Assembly: GCF_041956535.1 (NCBI RefSeq)
Contig: NW_027192197.1
Coordinates: 507,829-571,828 of the forward strand
Source: Calcarisporiella thermophila CBS 279.70
Taxonomy: Eukaryota > Fungi > Calcarisporiellomycota
Direction: 5' to 3'
DNA length: 64,000 nucleotides
The position numbers and the translations under genes were made by a program. Of the stretch, positions 63,402 to 64,000 are shown in pieces. Position 1 is the first letter of the stretch; each line of letters opens with the position of its first letter. The notes below the pieces were generated by a model. It had not been told where the DNA came from. It made no database searches and was given only the letters and a program-made list of their open reading frames with translations.

Positions 63402-64000
63402 ATGAGTCAGACAGCTACTATCACCCTCACAAAGACGCAGACGTTTTCACATTCGCGCAAGAAGTCAAGATCCGAGAAGAAGCGCGAGAAGAAGCGTCTG
63501 AAAAAATCAGTGGCTAGGCCGTCCGGACACGCGCCGCTCTTTGATGAGCCAGTGACCTGGTGGAACTGGTACAAGTACGTTAACTGGTTAAATACGTTCT
63601 TTGTGGGTAGTCCTCTTGTTCTGTGGGCATATGCTCTCTCCAACACCGTCCTGCATCGGCATACTCTCTATCTTTCGGCAATTATGTATTTCTGTGGTGG
63701 CATCTCCATCACAGCTGGTTAGTGTCCAATCGTTATTTAGTCGGGTTACCTTGGGGGTATCTGATGGGTTTCCCCTCTTGTAGGTTATCACCGCTATTTC
63801 TCTCACAACTCCTACCGAGCCCATTGGTCTCTACGTCTGTTTTATGCTCTGTTTGGTGCCAGTGCTGTCCAAGGATCCATCCGCTGGTGGGTTCGTGGGC
63901 ACCGCGCCCATCATCGCTATCTTGACACGGACAAGGATCCGCATAATGCACACCGCGGACTCTTCTGGTCTCACATCGGCTGGCTGATTATGCGGCGACC
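63402..64000 (+). CDS. OLE1: Delta-9 acyl-CoA desaturase (5' part)
   Basis: NWYKYVNW, GISITAG|YHRYFSH, AVQGSIRWWVRGHRAHHRYLDTDKDPH, GLFWSHIGWL (His boxes). Runs off the window. Confidence 0.95.

Noticed and set aside
21156-64000. Iron-related cluster (mitoferrin, DPH2, POL3, OLE1) controlled by the Cth-like finger protein
   Set aside because: The genes are dispersed among unrelated housekeeping genes, and co-location within 64 kb is not evidence of a regulon.

Overview
Gene-dense, intron-containing fungal genomic DNA. The gene content (Kv channel, CHIP/STUB1, bacterial-like CAT permease, short GT-AG introns) suggests an early-diverging, non-Dikarya fungus, but this is inference. About 26 protein-coding loci can be reconstructed by hand-splicing. 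In order: SAM-HMG protein, CENP-V/GFA protein, Rco1-like double PHD protein, a Nudix-tandem CCCH-W2 fusion, NUDT19-like CoA diphosphatase, RPL7, NMT1, a poly-Q hypothetical, SUR7/PalI protein, a small frameshifted two-repeat ORF, mitoferrin, DH-PH RhoGEF (spanning a 508-N gap), a degenerate MoxR-like AAA protein, atypical PDI, VTS1, a Kre9/KNH-domain secreted protein, Kv channel, MIC60, RPL38, DPH2, APC permease, POL3, CHIP, epsin, HSL-like lipase and OLE1. No rRNA, tRNA, CRISPR or intact mobile element is visible. The most interesting candidate is the 6-exon gene at 7584-10007(-). It joins an Ap4A-hydrolase-like Nudix domain with a broken catalytic box, two TTP/Cth-type RNA-binding zinc fingers and an eIF5/eIF2B-epsilon-type W2 domain, a possible mRNA-specific translation/decay regulator. 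Second is a TATA-driven micro-gene at 18736-19066 made of two diverged ~40-aa repeats lying in different reading frames. Exon coordinates are manual and may be off by a few bases.
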